NCBI GenBank assembly: GCA_963815115.1
Contig: CAWFFN010000005.1
Span: 864,001-928,000 of the forward strand
Length of the DNA stretch: 64,000 bases
Origin: an uncultured delta proteobacterium
Lineage (GTDB): Bacteria; Desulfobacterota; Binatia; DP-6
Direction: 5' to 3'
Both the position numbers and the translations under genes were made by a program. Shown here one piece after another: positions 34,260 to 43,317 of the stretch. The notes beneath the pieces were generated by a model. The model worked only from the letters and a program-made list of their open reading frames with translations, was not told where the DNA came from and made no database searches. How positions within the stretch are numbered: the stretch's first letter is position 1; each line of letters starts with the position of its first letter.

Positions 34260-34449
34260 GGACTTCCGGGAGCGGACCCAGGCGGGGAGGCCCGGTCCGA
34301 GCGCCTCTACCTAGTGGGGTCGGGAAGAAAACGCCAGCGGGCAGGGCGCCGGTCCCCCGAGCCGCGCCGCAGCCACGACCGACAATTCGCGGCATCCGAC
34401 CCGAGAGCAACCGTGCCGCGTCACGGCGGCGCGGTGCCCGCTCGGGAGG

Positions 34450-34890
34450 CTACGATGCCGCGTTGGCAGGGGTGAGCCGGCGGCCGGTGATCTCCGCCGG
34501 GATGATCTTGAACCACTGGTCGCGCGGACCGGGGGCCCAGGGCCGGACGGGGAGCTGGCGAAGAAGCTCGGACTCCCGGTCGATGGCATTGGTGATGTCA
34601 CGCCCGTAGCCGTGCACCGTGACGCTCCATCCCCGGCGGCCCTCGACGTCGATGTCGTCCACCTCGAAGGCCACGTGGGCGAGTGCCACCTCGGTCGCCA
34701 CCGTCAGCTCGGCCGTCCGGAACACCACGACGCCGTGCTCGTCGGCCGCGTAGTTGAGGGGAATCAGGTGGGGCCGGCCCTCGATCACGACCGCGAGGCG
34801 GCCGACACGGCCCCGCCGGAGCAGGCCGAGGCATTCGTCCCGTCCGAGTGGCTGGAGGGACCCTTCCGGGTTCACGGGCTCAGCGGTCAT
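34450..34890 (-). CDS. Pyridoxamine 5'-phosphate oxidase-like (split-barrel flavin-binding) protein
   Basis: ECLGLL..VGRLA, PLNY, VVFRT, VAFEVD, GWSV, ITGRR. Confidence 0.85.
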   Translation of the reverse strand: MTAEPVNPEGSLQPLGRDECLGLLRRGRVGRLAVVIEGRPHLIPLNYAADEHGVVVFRTAELTVATEVALAHVAFEVDDIDVEGRRGWSVTVHGYGRDITNAIDRESELLRQLPVRPWAPGPRDQWFKIIPAEITGRRLTPANAAS

Positions 34891-34987
34891 GGTTGCTGGT
34901 ACTGCTTGGCCGACCGCTCTGTAAAGAGGGCCCGTGACGCGGTCGCCGGTCATGTACGTCCCGGGGCGGGACACGGCGGGGCGCGGG

Positions 34988-35629
34988 TCAGGCTCGGGTT
35001 TGCCCGGACGGCCGGCGCGGTCCGGACACCGCGGCGGACCCCACGAGCAGGAAGCGCCAAGGCCTCAGCGCGTCGGCGCCGGCGTACGCCACCCCGACGC
35101 GTGGGGTCCGTGCGACCGCCCCTCCTCGAACCGGCTGGGCGTCGAGAATGCGAAGCTGGCCCGCAACCAGGTCGGCGCCGTCGTCCGCGCGCGTCAGCCC
35201 GAGTGCCCGGCAGAGCGAGCCGGGTCCGCGGCAGAGCCGCCAGTCCGGCCCGTCGTCGAGCCCGCGCCGCGCGCGCATGAGCGCGATCCCTTCCAGCGGC
35301 TCCAGGGCCCGCAGCAGCACCGCTTCCGGCACGCCCGGCCCCTGGGTCACCACGTTCACGCAATGATGCATCCCATAGACGAAGTACACGTAGGCATGTC
35401 CCGCCGGACCCCACATGGTCTCGTTGCGCGGGGTGCGTCGGCCGCCGGCACTGTGCGCGGCGCGGTCGCGCGGGCCGCGGTACGCCTCGACCTCGACGAT
35501 GCGGCCGGCGGTGCGTCCCTCGCGGGTCTCGTGGACGAGCACCTTGCCGAGCAGTGCCCGGGCCACGCGCAGCGTGGGCTGCAAAAAAAACGAGCGGCCC
35601 AGGGGCCGCTCGTGCGAGGACAGGGACAC
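34988..35629 (-). CDS. DNA-3-methyladenine glycosylase (MPG/AAG family)
   Basis: VARALLGKVL, GRIVEVEAY, AYVYFVYGMHHC, AVLLRALEP, GPGSLC, RVGV, PWRF. Confidence 0.92.
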   Translation of the reverse strand: MSLSSHERPLGRSFFLQPTLRVARALLGKVLVHETREGRTAGRIVEVEAYRGPRDRAAHSAGGRRTPRNETMWGPAGHAYVYFVYGMHHCVNVVTQGPGVPEAVLLRALEPLEGIALMRARRGLDDGPDWRLCRGPGSLCRALGLTRADDGADLVAGQLRILDAQPVRGGAVARTPRVGVAYAGADALRPWRFLLVGSAAVSGPRRPSGQTRA

Positions 35630-35649
35630 TGAAGCGCGGCGAGCGCCGC

Positions 35650-36612
35650 TCACGAGGCCTTCAGCTTCTTCACTTCCTCGGTCAGCTCGGGGACCGCCTT
35701 GAAGAGGTCCGCGACGAGCCCGTAGTCGGCCACCTGGAAGATCGGGGCCTCCTCGTCCTTGTTGATGGCGACGATGACCTTCGAATCCTTCATGCCGGCG
35801 AGATGCTGGATGGCGCCGGAGATGCCGACCGCGATGTAGAGCGTGGGCGCGACCACCTTCCCGGTCTGTCCCACCTGGAGGTCGTTCGGCACGTAGCCGG
35901 CGTCGACCGCCGCCCGGCTGGCACCCATCGCCGCGCCGAGAGCGTCGCACAGCGGCTCGAGGTAGGTGGTGAAGTTCTCGCCGTTCTTGAGACCGCGACC
36001 GCCCGAGCACACGATCGACGCCTCGGTGAGGACGGGACGATCGGATTTGGTCTCGGCGAACTCGACGAACTTGGTCTTGCCGTCGCCGGCCGGGGGCGAG
36101 GCCTTCGTCACGGTGCCGCTGCCGCCCGGCGTGGCGGGAGGGAAGGCCGTGCCGCGCACGGAGACGACGCGCGGGCTGCCCTCGATCTTGACGGTGACGA
36201 AGAGGTTGCCCGCCCACATCGGACGGACGAAGGTCGTGGCGTCGACGATGCCGCTGATGTCCGACACCATGCCCGCACCGAGGCGGGCGGCGAGGCGCGG
36301 GAGGAGGTCCTTGCCGACCGCGGTCGCGGTCGCGACGACGTCCTCGACGCTCTTCTCCTTCACCACCTCGGCGAGGGCCGTGGTGTACGCGTCGGCGACG
36401 TAGTGCTCGAACTGCGGGCCATCGACCGCGACGACGTCGACGCCGTACGTGGCGAGCTCGCCGGCGAGGGCGTCGATGCCCGAGCCGAGAACGACGGCCA
36501 GGCACTTGCCCCCCGCCTTCTCGGCGAGCGTCTTGCCCGCCGTCAGACCGACCAGCGTGGTCTTGGGGAACTTTCCGTGGAGATGCTCGGCGACGACCAG
36601 TACGTTTCCCAT
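35650..36612 (-). CDS. etfA: Electron transfer flavoprotein alpha subunit
   Basis: [39 protein letters not shown]. Confidence 0.96.
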   Translation of the reverse strand: MGNVLVVAEHLHGKFPKTTLVGLTAGKTLAEKAGGKCLAVVLGSGIDALAGELATYGVDVVAVDGPQFEHYVADAYTTALAEVVKEKSVEDVVATATAVGKDLLPRLAARLGAGMVSDISGIVDATTFVRPMWAGNLFVTVKIEGSPRVVSVRGTAFPPATPGGSGTVTKASPPAGDGKTKFVEFAETKSDRPVLTEASIVCSGGRGLKNGENFTTYLEPLCDALGAAMGASRAAVDAGYVPNDLQVGQTGKVVAPTLYIAVGISGAIQHLAGMKDSKVIVAINKDEEAPIFQVADYGLVADLFKAVPELTEEVKKLKAS

Positions 36613-36629
36613 GACGAAATCCTTCGACC

Positions 36630-37379
36630 TCAGATGACCTTGGCTTCCTCGTGCAGGATCTTCACCAGCTCCTGCACCGAGGCGACCTTGCGACCCGCGG
36701 CCCGCTTGGGCGGGGTCTCGAACTTCACGACCTTCACCCGCGGCGTCACGTCGACGCCCAGGTCGGCCACCGGAATCTCCTTCAGCTCCTTCTTGCGCGC
36801 CTTCATGATGCCGGGGAGCGAGGCGTAGCGCGGCTCGTTCAGCCGGAGATCGGCGGTGACGACCGCGGGAAGTGCGAACGCGAGCGTCTCGAGGCCGCCG
36901 TCGACCTCGCGGGTGACCTTGGCCTGGCCGTCCGCCAGCTCGAGCTTGGAGGCGAAGGTGGCCTGCGGCCAGCCGAGCAGCTCGGCCAGCATCTGGCCGG
37001 CGCAGTTGTTGTCGTAGTCGACGGCCTGCTTGCCCATGAGGATCAGCTCGGGCTTCTCCTGCTCGGCGAGCTTCTGGAGCACCCGCGCCACCGCCAGCGG
37101 CTCGAGGTTCTCGTCCGTGAGCACGAGGATGGCGCGATCGGCACCCATCGCGAGCCCCGTGCGGAGCTGCTCCTGCGCGGCCTTGGGGCCGATGCTCACC
37201 AGCACGACCTCGGAGCCCGCGTGCTTCTCCTTCAGGCGCAGCCCTTCCTCGACCGCGATCTCATCGAAGGGGTTCACCACCCACTTGATGTTGTCGATCA
37301 CGAAGCCGGTGCCGTCGGCGTTGATCTTGAGCTGCGTCTCCGGATCGGGGACGCGCTTCACGGTGACCAGGATCTTCAC
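36630..37379 (-). CDS. etfB: Electron transfer flavoprotein beta subunit
   Basis: [43 protein letters not shown]. Confidence 0.96.
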   Translation of the reverse strand: MKILVTVKRVPDPETQLKINADGTGFVIDNIKWVVNPFDEIAVEEGLRLKEKHAGSEVVLVSIGPKAAQEQLRTGLAMGADRAILVLTDENLEPLAVARVLQKLAEQEKPELILMGKQAVDYDNNCAGQMLAELLGWPQATFASKLELADGQAKVTREVDGGLETLAFALPAVVTADLRLNEPRYASLPGIMKARKKELKEIPVADLGVDVTPRVKVVKFETPPKRAAGRKVASVQELVKILHEEAKVI

Positions 37380-37412
37380 GGGGTGAGTCTCCTTCGGGGG
37401 GAATTCCGGAAC

Positions 37413-37453
37413 CGAAACCCGCTTTCGCTACACCGCTCGGTCCCGGCAGTCAA
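37413..37453 (-). promoter_or_regulatory. sigma70-type promoter of etfBA with overlapping palindrome
   Basis: TTGACT-N17-TAGCGA on the minus strand; CGAAA-N5-TTTCG dyad at 37413-37427 overlaps -10/+1. Confidence 0.55.
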
Positions 37454-37471
37454 GGAAGCATGGGGTCGGCG

Positions 37472-38266
37472 TCAGCTCGCTTCCCGGCGCCCGACGTCGA
37501 AGCCGAGACGGCTGGAGAGATCGCGGCCTGCCTTCGCGATGAGCGGCGCAAGTTCCTTGTCGATGCGCTCGGCCTGGAAGCGGTAGGCCGGTCCCACCAC
37601 CGCGAGGGTGCCGACCACGTTGCGCGTGTAGTCGCGGATCGGGACCGCGACGGCGCGCACGTCTTCCATGTGCTCGCCCATGTCGATGGCGTAGCCGTTC
37701 GACGCCACCGACTTGAGCTGCTGCTGCAGCGCCTGGCGGTCGACGGGCGTCCGCTCGGTGAACTTGGGAAGCGGGTCGGGCAGGATGGCCCGTAGATCCT
37801 CCTCGGCCTGGAAGGCGAGAAGGGCCTTGCCGGCTGCGGTGCAGTGGAGCGGAAGCGTCTCACCCACCTGCGAGACGATGCGCACCGAGCGATCAGCCTC
37901 CACGATCTCCACGGGGACGACGCCGTCGCGACGGAGCACCGCCACGTAGGCGGTCTCGCGCGCCTGACGGACCAGCTCGATCATGATCGGCCGCGCCTGG
38001 CGGAGCAGGCCCATGTGTCGCACGTAGCTCTGCCCCAGCTCGAGACAGCGGACCCCGAGGCGGTAGTTCTCGGTGGCGCGGTTCTGCTCGATGTAGCCGC
38101 GCGACTCGAGGGTGGCGAGCAGGCGGAAGACGTTGTTCTTGTGCAGCTTGAGACGCTTCGACAGCTCCGTGACGCCGAGCTCTTCCGTGTCGAGGCAGAA
38201 CTGCTCGAGGACGTCGAGCGAGTGCGACACGGACTGGATGATGTAGTTCGATTTCTCGCGGCGCAT
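37472..38266 (-). CDS. IclR family transcriptional regulator
   Basis: IQSVSHSLDVLE, GVTELSKRLKLHKNNVFRLL HTH, PLHCTAAGKALLA. Confidence 0.93.
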   Translation of the reverse strand: MRREKSNYIIQSVSHSLDVLEQFCLDTEELGVTELSKRLKLHKNNVFRLLATLESRGYIEQNRATENYRLGVRCLELGQSYVRHMGLLRQARPIMIELVRQARETAYVAVLRRDGVVPVEIVEADRSVRIVSQVGETLPLHCTAAGKALLAFQAEEDLRAILPDPLPKFTERTPVDRQALQQQLKSVASNGYAIDMGEHMEDVRAVAVPIRDYTRNVVGTLAVVGPAYRFQAERIDKELAPLIAKAGRDLSSRLGFDVGRREAS

Positions 38267-38281
38267 TCGGTGGCCTTCCCA

Positions 38282-38322
38282 AAAACGCGTTTTAGACTAC
38301 GACGCTGCCATCGGGGAGTCAA
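38282..38322 (-). promoter_or_regulatory. sigma70 promoter of iclR with AAAACGCGTTTT operator-like palindrome
   Basis: TTGACT-N17-TAGTCT followed immediately by a perfect 12-bp palindrome at 38282-38293. Confidence 0.65.
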
Positions 38323-38468
38323 CGCGGGCCGGCGGCCTCGAGAGCTGGCCGCAAACGCCTGCAGAATCTAAGTCTTACATGGATCACGCTGCGATGTCCG
38401 AGCAGGCGAACGCCGTCTTGACAGGAACGCGACGCTGCGGAACGTTTGCGCGCCGAAGGGAGCAGACG

Positions 38469-39185
38469 ATGGACGGAAAGAGCGCGATGGTCGAGGTGCA
38501 GACCCCTGGCGGCGCGATGCCGGCTCAGCTCGCGCGCCCGGGTGGCGATGCGCCGGCTCCGGCAGTGATCGTCATCCCGGAGGCGTTCGGTCTGAACGCC
38601 CACATCAAGGACGTCGCCCGCCGGATCGCGGCGGAGGGCTACGTGACGCTCGCGCTCGACCTGTTTCATCGCGGCGGGCCAGGCCGCGTGGCGGGCTACG
38701 ACCAGCTTCCCGAGGCGCTTCGCCTGATGGGGGAGCTGACGGACGCCGGCATCGTCGAGGACGTCGGTGCTGCCGTCGCGCACCTCGAAGGCCAGCCGTT
38801 CGTCCGGGCAAACCGCATCGGCATCACCGGCTTCTGCATGGGAGGGCGCGTCAGCTATCTCGCGGCTTGCGCGCTGCCGGACAAGATCAAGGCGGCGGTG
38901 CCGTTCTACGGGGGTGGCATTCCGATCGACCGGACGGCGACGCTGGGGGCGCCGGTGCTCGCCTTCTTCGGCGAGGACGACGCCTTCATTCCGCTCGACC
39001 AGGTGCGTGCGCTGGAGGAAGAGGCCAAGCGCCGGGGCAAGTCGCTCGAGACGGTCGTCTACCCGAGCGCGCCGCACGGTTTCTTCTGCGACGAGCGCGA
39101 CTCGTATCGGCCGGACGCGGCGCGGGACGCGTGGGGTCGCCTGAAGTCGTTCTTCGCCAAGCATTTGCAAGCGTCTGACGGGTGA
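38469..39185 (+). CDS. Dienelactone hydrolase family protein
   Basis: EAFGLN, GFCMGG, FYG, D..IP, HGF. Confidence 0.92.
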   Translation: MDGKSAMVEVQTPGGAMPAQLARPGGDAPAPAVIVIPEAFGLNAHIKDVARRIAAEGYVTLALDLFHRGGPGRVAGYDQLPEALRLMGELTDAGIVEDVGAAVAHLEGQPFVRANRIGITGFCMGGRVSYLAACALPDKIKAAVPFYGGGIPIDRTATLGAPVLAFFGEDDAFIPLDQVRALEEEAKRRGKSLETVVYPSAPHGFFCDERDSYRPDAARDAWGRLKSFFAKHLQASDG

Positions 39186-39188
39186 CGC

Positions 39189-40118
39189 GTGCGCATCCTC
39201 CTGGTCGGTCAGGCAGCGTTCGCGGAGCAGGTGCTGGCCGGGCTCGCGACGGCCGGTCACCACGTGGTGGGAGTCGTCTGCCCTCCCGACCGTGGCGACA
39301 AGCTCGATCCCGTGAAGGCGGCGGCCGTCGGCCGGGGCATCGCCGTGAGCCAGTTCGCCTCTCTCAAGGCCCCCGCGGCCCGCGAGGCCTTCGCGGCGGC
39401 CGACGCCGACCTCGCCGTGCTGGCCTACGTGACGCAGATCGTCCCCGAGCCGCTTCTCCAGCTGCCCCGGCATACCGCGATCTGCTTTCATCCCTCCCTG
39501 CTTCCCCGCTACCGGGGCGGCAGCGCGATTCCGTGGCAGCTCATCCGGGGCGAGACGCGCTCGGGCGTCACCGTCTTCTGGCCCGACGCGGGCATCGACA
39601 CCGGTCCGGTGCTCCTGCAGCGTGAAGCCGCAGTCGATCCCGAGGACACGGCCGCGACGCTCTATTTCAAGACCCTCTTTCCTCTCGGCGTCCAGACCGT
39701 GCTCGACAGCGTGCAGCTGATCGCCGAGGGTCGCGCGCCGCGCGAGCCGCAGGACGAGACGTGCGCCACGTACGACCCGCTGCTCACCGATGCCCACGCC
39801 GCGATCGACTGGAAGCGACCCGCCTCCGAGGTGCACGACCTGATCCGTGGCTGCGATCCGCAGCCGGGCGCGCACACCACCTGGCGCGACACCCGGCTCC
39901 GGCTGTTCGAGCCCCGGCGTGACGAGCGCAGCGGTCCGGCCGGCCAGGTCCTCGCCGTGGATGCGCACGGCGTGGTGGTCGCGGCCGCCGCGGGCTCGGT
40001 GCGCTGCGCGCGCGCCCGCGGCGACGGCCCCAAGGCCGCCGCCGTGGAGGTGGCGAGCGCGCTCGGCATCACGCCGGGGGCACGTCTGGGAGACCCTGGC
40101 GTTTCCGGCGGTCAGTAG
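39189..40118 (+). CDS. Formyltransferase-family protein (Fmt-like / 10-formyl-THF hydrolase type)
   Basis: HPSLLPRYRG, FWPDAGIDTG, IDW, IRGCDPQPGA; N-terminus LVGQAAFA rather than the Fmt FMGTP motif. Confidence 0.8.
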   Translation: MRILLVGQAAFAEQVLAGLATAGHHVVGVVCPPDRGDKLDPVKAAAVGRGIAVSQFASLKAPAAREAFAAADADLAVLAYVTQIVPEPLLQLPRHTAICFHPSLLPRYRGGSAIPWQLIRGETRSGVTVFWPDAGIDTGPVLLQREAAVDPEDTAATLYFKTLFPLGVQTVLDSVQLIAEGRAPREPQDETCATYDPLLTDAHAAIDWKRPASEVHDLIRGCDPQPGAHTTWRDTRLRLFEPRRDERSGPAGQVLAVDAHGVVVAAAAGSVRCARARGDGPKAAAVEVASALGITPGARLGDPGVSGGQ

Positions 40119-41053
40119 ACCAGCGGCACCGAGAAATCGAAGAGCTTGCGCTGATCGCAGCCGAGGTTGATGTCGAGGCGGCCGCGCAGCTTGACGTTGA
40201 CGTTGACCGTGAAGCCGAGCGGCTCGCCGCGCGGGATCGCCGCGGCGGCGAGGACCGAGCCGCCGGCCGCGTGGCCCTGCATCGTGCCGAGGATGAAGGG
40301 ATACTCGGGATCGGGGGCGGTGATCGTGGTGCCGTCGTGGACGGTGATGCTCGGACACACCGCGGTCCCGCCGGCGCTGCACTTCCAGCTGATCCGCTGC
40401 CCGGGCGAGAAGCCGGGCCGGGTGGTGTCGATCCCGTTCGAGTCGACGTCGTAGATGCTGCTCGGCTCGGGACCGTCGTCCGGGCCGTCGGCGACGGCGA
40501 TCGCCGCCTGCTCGGCTCCGGACAGCGAGCCGGCCGCCGTGGCGGTGATCGGATTCTGCCGCTTCACGTTGAGCCAGTGCATCGTCGGCGCGCGCCAGGC
40601 GGTGCAGTTGATCCCGGGTGAGTCGCAGGCGCGTGGCAGGAGCTCGGTGTAGACACCTCCCTGGCAGGTGCGATCGCCCGACGCCGACGGGAACACCATC
40701 ACGGTGGTACCCTGGCGCAGGTTGGCGAGATGCCAGATGCCACGGCCGTCGGTCCAGGCGCTTCCGAGAAGCACCGCGTTGCCGTGGTTCTTCCAGCCGC
40801 ACCAGCTGAACGCATCCTGTCCGGGCTCCGCCCCGTCGATGCCCTCGCGGAAGTTCCGCTGCCGGTACCAGAGCTCCACCAGCCGGCCCGGCGCGGCGAT
40901 GCCCTCGACGCCGTCGAGATCGTTGTTGTTGGTGGTCACGCGGTAGATGAGTGGCGCGTTCCCCACCGAGTGTACCGTGACGGCGCGCAGCACCAGTCCC
41001 GAGAGGACGACTACGCCCGCGGCCACGACCATGACCCTCTGCCCATGTGACAT
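40112..41053 (-). CDS. Hypothetical exported Cys-containing protein
   Basis: AGGAGG RBS before ATG 41053, hydrophobic N-terminal segment, host-like codon pattern, 7 Cys; family not recognised. Confidence 0.7.
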   Translation of the reverse strand: MSHGQRVMVVAAGVVVLSGLVLRAVTVHSVGNAPLIYRVTTNNNDLDGVEGIAAPGRLVELWYRQRNFREGIDGAEPGQDAFSWCGWKNHGNAVLLGSAWTDGRGIWHLANLRQGTTVMVFPSASGDRTCQGGVYTELLPRACDSPGINCTAWRAPTMHWLNVKRQNPITATAAGSLSGAEQAAIAVADGPDDGPEPSSIYDVDSNGIDTTRPGFSPGQRISWKCSAGGTAVCPSITVHDGTTITAPDPEYPFILGTMQGHAAGGSVLAAAAIPRGEPLGFTVNVNVKLRGRLDINLGCDQRKLFDFSVPLVY

Positions 41054-41093
41054 GAGACCTCCTTCGCCCGGGCGGGAAGGCTCGCGGTGCCAG

Positions 41094-41109
41094 TGCAGGG
41101 GTCGTGCCG
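41094..41109 (-). promoter_or_regulatory. sigma54 -24/-12 promoter of the exported protein gene
   Basis: CGGCACGACCCCTGCA (GG-N10-GC), just downstream of an enhancer-binding protein gene. Confidence 0.65.
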
Positions 41110-41163
41110 GCGGAATCGGCCGCAGCCTCGCAGGCGGACGGGTGGCCGCTGTAGCCGCTGTGC

Positions 41164-42480
41164 TCAGCTCGTTGCACGGCCTGCCGGTGTGAGGGGATCG
41201 CGAATGCCGTGTCGCTCCATGCGGCGCCACAGCGTGACGCGCGAGATGCCGAGTGCGGCGGCGGCACGCTGCCGGTTCCAGCGATGGTCGTTCAGCACGC
41301 GGAGGATGCGTGCTCGCTCGTCTGGCCAGAAGCTCCCGTCGAGCATCGGCGCGCGCCGCAGCAGCCCGGCGAGATCGTCTCCTTCGGCGGTGGCCAGGAT
41401 GAGCAGGGACTCGAGCGTGTTCTCGAGCTCGCGCACGTTGCCCGGCCACGAGTGATTGAGGAGCGGGCGCAGCGCGGCCGGCGCCGGCACCGCGAAGCGC
41501 GTGCCGTGGCGACGGTTGAAGGCGGCGACGAAGTGGGAGACCAGCAGCGCGAGGTCGGCGCCGCGCTCGCGCAGCGGTGGGAGATGGATGGTCAGCACGC
41601 GCAGCCGGTAGTACAGGTCGCGCCGGAAGGTCCCCGCCTCCACCATGCGCCAGAGCTCCCGGTTGGAGGCGGCGAGGAGACGGACGTTCACCCGGCGAGC
41701 CGCACTGCCCCCGAGCGGGCGCACCTCGCCGTCCTGGACCACGCGGAGCAGCTTCGCCTGGAGAGGAAGCGGCAGATCCTCGATCTCGTCGAGAAAGAGC
41801 GTGCCCCCGTCGGCGAGTCGCAACGCGCCCGGTCGCGACTCGAGCGCGCCCGTGAAGGCCCCCCGCGCGTGGCCGAAGAACTCGCTCTCCGCCAGCGTCT
41901 CGGGAATCGCCGCGCAGTTGACGGGCACGAAGGCCCGCCCGCTCCGGGGGCCGGCGGTGTGGATTGCCCGCGCCACCACCTCCTTGCCGGTGCCGGTCTC
42001 TCCCTCCAGCAGGACCGGTGCCTCGGTTCGCGCAGCGGTGCGCACGAGCGCCCTCACCCGCTCCATCGCGAGACTGGCGCCGATCAGTCCCGCGAGCGGC
42101 TCGTCGCCGGGGGATGCGACCCGTCGCGGCGGGGCGCAGGCTGCCGCCGCACCGACGCGAGCGCCGATCTCGGGTGCGCCCAGCATCAGGTAGTCGGTCG
42201 CGCCGCCCTTGAGCGCGTCGATCGCCGCTTCGGCCCGATCGTGCTCGCCCACGACCACGACCGGCACCGGCGGCGTGCGGCCGCCGACGGCTGCCATCAC
42301 GCGTCCCAGCTCGGCACGACCCGTGGGGCCGAGCACGATCACGTCGGGACGCTCGACGTCGAGGAGCGACCCTGGATCGCGTACGCTCGCGGACGCGCGC
42401 CGGAGGTCGGCGACGTGAGCCCGCAGCGCCTCGCACAGCGTGGCGGCAGATGGTTCGTCGTCGAGGAGCAGCACCCGCAT
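41164..42480 (-). CDS. sigma54-dependent enhancer-binding protein (degenerate receiver, AAA+, Fis HTH)
   Basis: GETGTGKE, GAFTGA, LFLDEI, FRRDLYYRL, WPGNVREL, AAAALGISRVTLWR. Confidence 0.93.
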   Translation of the reverse strand: MRVLLLDDEPSAATLCEALRAHVADLRRASASVRDPGSLLDVERPDVIVLGPTGRAELGRVMAAVGGRTPPVPVVVVGEHDRAEAAIDALKGGATDYLMLGAPEIGARVGAAAACAPPRRVASPGDEPLAGLIGASLAMERVRALVRTAARTEAPVLLEGETGTGKEVVARAIHTAGPRSGRAFVPVNCAAIPETLAESEFFGHARGAFTGALESRPGALRLADGGTLFLDEIEDLPLPLQAKLLRVVQDGEVRPLGGSAARRVNVRLLAASNRELWRMVEAGTFRRDLYYRLRVLTIHLPPLRERGADLALLVSHFVAAFNRRHGTRFAVPAPAALRPLLNHSWPGNVRELENTLESLLILATAEGDDLAGLLRRAPMLDGSFWPDERARILRVLNDHRWNRQRAAAALGISRVTLWRRMERHGIRDPLTPAGRATS

Positions 42481-42567
42481 CGGCCGGACGACCTCCCTGA
42501 AAGGGGCACCCGCGACGCTAGTCAAATGCCGCCACGGAGACAACGACTGCGATCGGAATACGCGGGA

Positions 42568-42812
42568 TCGACCCGAGACTGCGTCTCGGGTCGAGAGGGG
42601 AGGCGAGGGTGGGGCGCTCGGTGGCGTGGGCGAGCGCCGTGCCGCGGCCGGCGAAGCCGGCGCGGCAAACGTGGCACGCGTGCCGTTTCAGCTCCGGGCG
42701 TGCTCCGAAACGTCTGCCGCGGCGGCTTCGCCGCCCGCGGCACGACGTCCGCACCGTAGATCGAGCTTCATTCCCGCTCTGCCTCCCGACCCGAGACGGA
42801 GTCTCGGGTCGG
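42568..42812 (-). repeat. REP/REPIN-like element, copy B (full, two inverted arms)
   Basis: Terminal hairpins 42568-42594 and 42786-42812 (CGACCCGAGAC-N3-GTCTCGGGTCG) plus two internal GCGAAGC-loop hairpins. Confidence 0.9.
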
Positions 42813-43313
42813 ACTGATCTCGACCAGGACGACACCGGCGTCGACCATGTCACCCGGCGCGGCGGCCACGACGGCGACGGTGCCCGCGAGCTCGGCGCGC
42901 AACATGGTCTCCATCTTCATCGCCTCGAGCACGACGAGCGCCTGGCCGGCCTCCACCCGGTCTCCCGCGGACACCAGCACACGGATCACCTTGCCAGGCA
43001 TGGGGGCGATCGCCACGCCGGCTCCGCTGCCAGCGGAAGCGCGGCGCGGCGCCTCGCCGAGCGCGAAGGCGTGGGGGCGCCCGTCGAGTGCGACCAGCAC
43101 GCGATCGCCCTGACGGACGACGACGGCGCGCCACGCGCGACCGTCGACGGCGAGCACGAATTCCGTGCCGCCGCCGGGAACCGCGCCGACGGGACGGTGG
43201 GCGAGCTGTCGCACGTGGTGCTCCTGCCCGTCGACCGCGGCCGGAGCGCTCCCGGGAGGATCGGGCAGCTCGACGGTGAGCGTGCGCTCGCCCAGACGGA
43301 GTCGTGTCTCCAT
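42768..43313 (-). CDS. Biotin carboxyl carrier subunit
   Basis: APMPGKV, LEAMKME; last residues and stop come from repeat copy B. Confidence 0.9.
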   Translation of the reverse strand: METRLRLGERTLTVELPDPPGSAPAAVDGQEHHVRQLAHRPVGAVPGGGTEFVLAVDGRAWRAVVVRQGDRVLVALDGRPHAFALGEAPRRASAGSGAGVAIAPMPGKVIRVLVSAGDRVEAGQALVVLEAMKMETMLRAELAGTVAVVAAAPGDMVDAGVVLVEISPTRDSVSGREAERE

Positions 43314-43317
43314 GCGC

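Noticed and set aside
34395-34447. Fourth copy of the REP-like element (CCGACCCGAGAG...GTGCCGCG)
   Set aside because: Only a half-site; the complementary arm and spacer do not match. At most a degraded remnant or chance.
35583-35590. A8 homopolymer in the glycosylase gene as a phase-variation tract
   Set aside because: Encodes in-frame Phe-Phe-Leu in a conserved N-terminal motif; short, with no other support.
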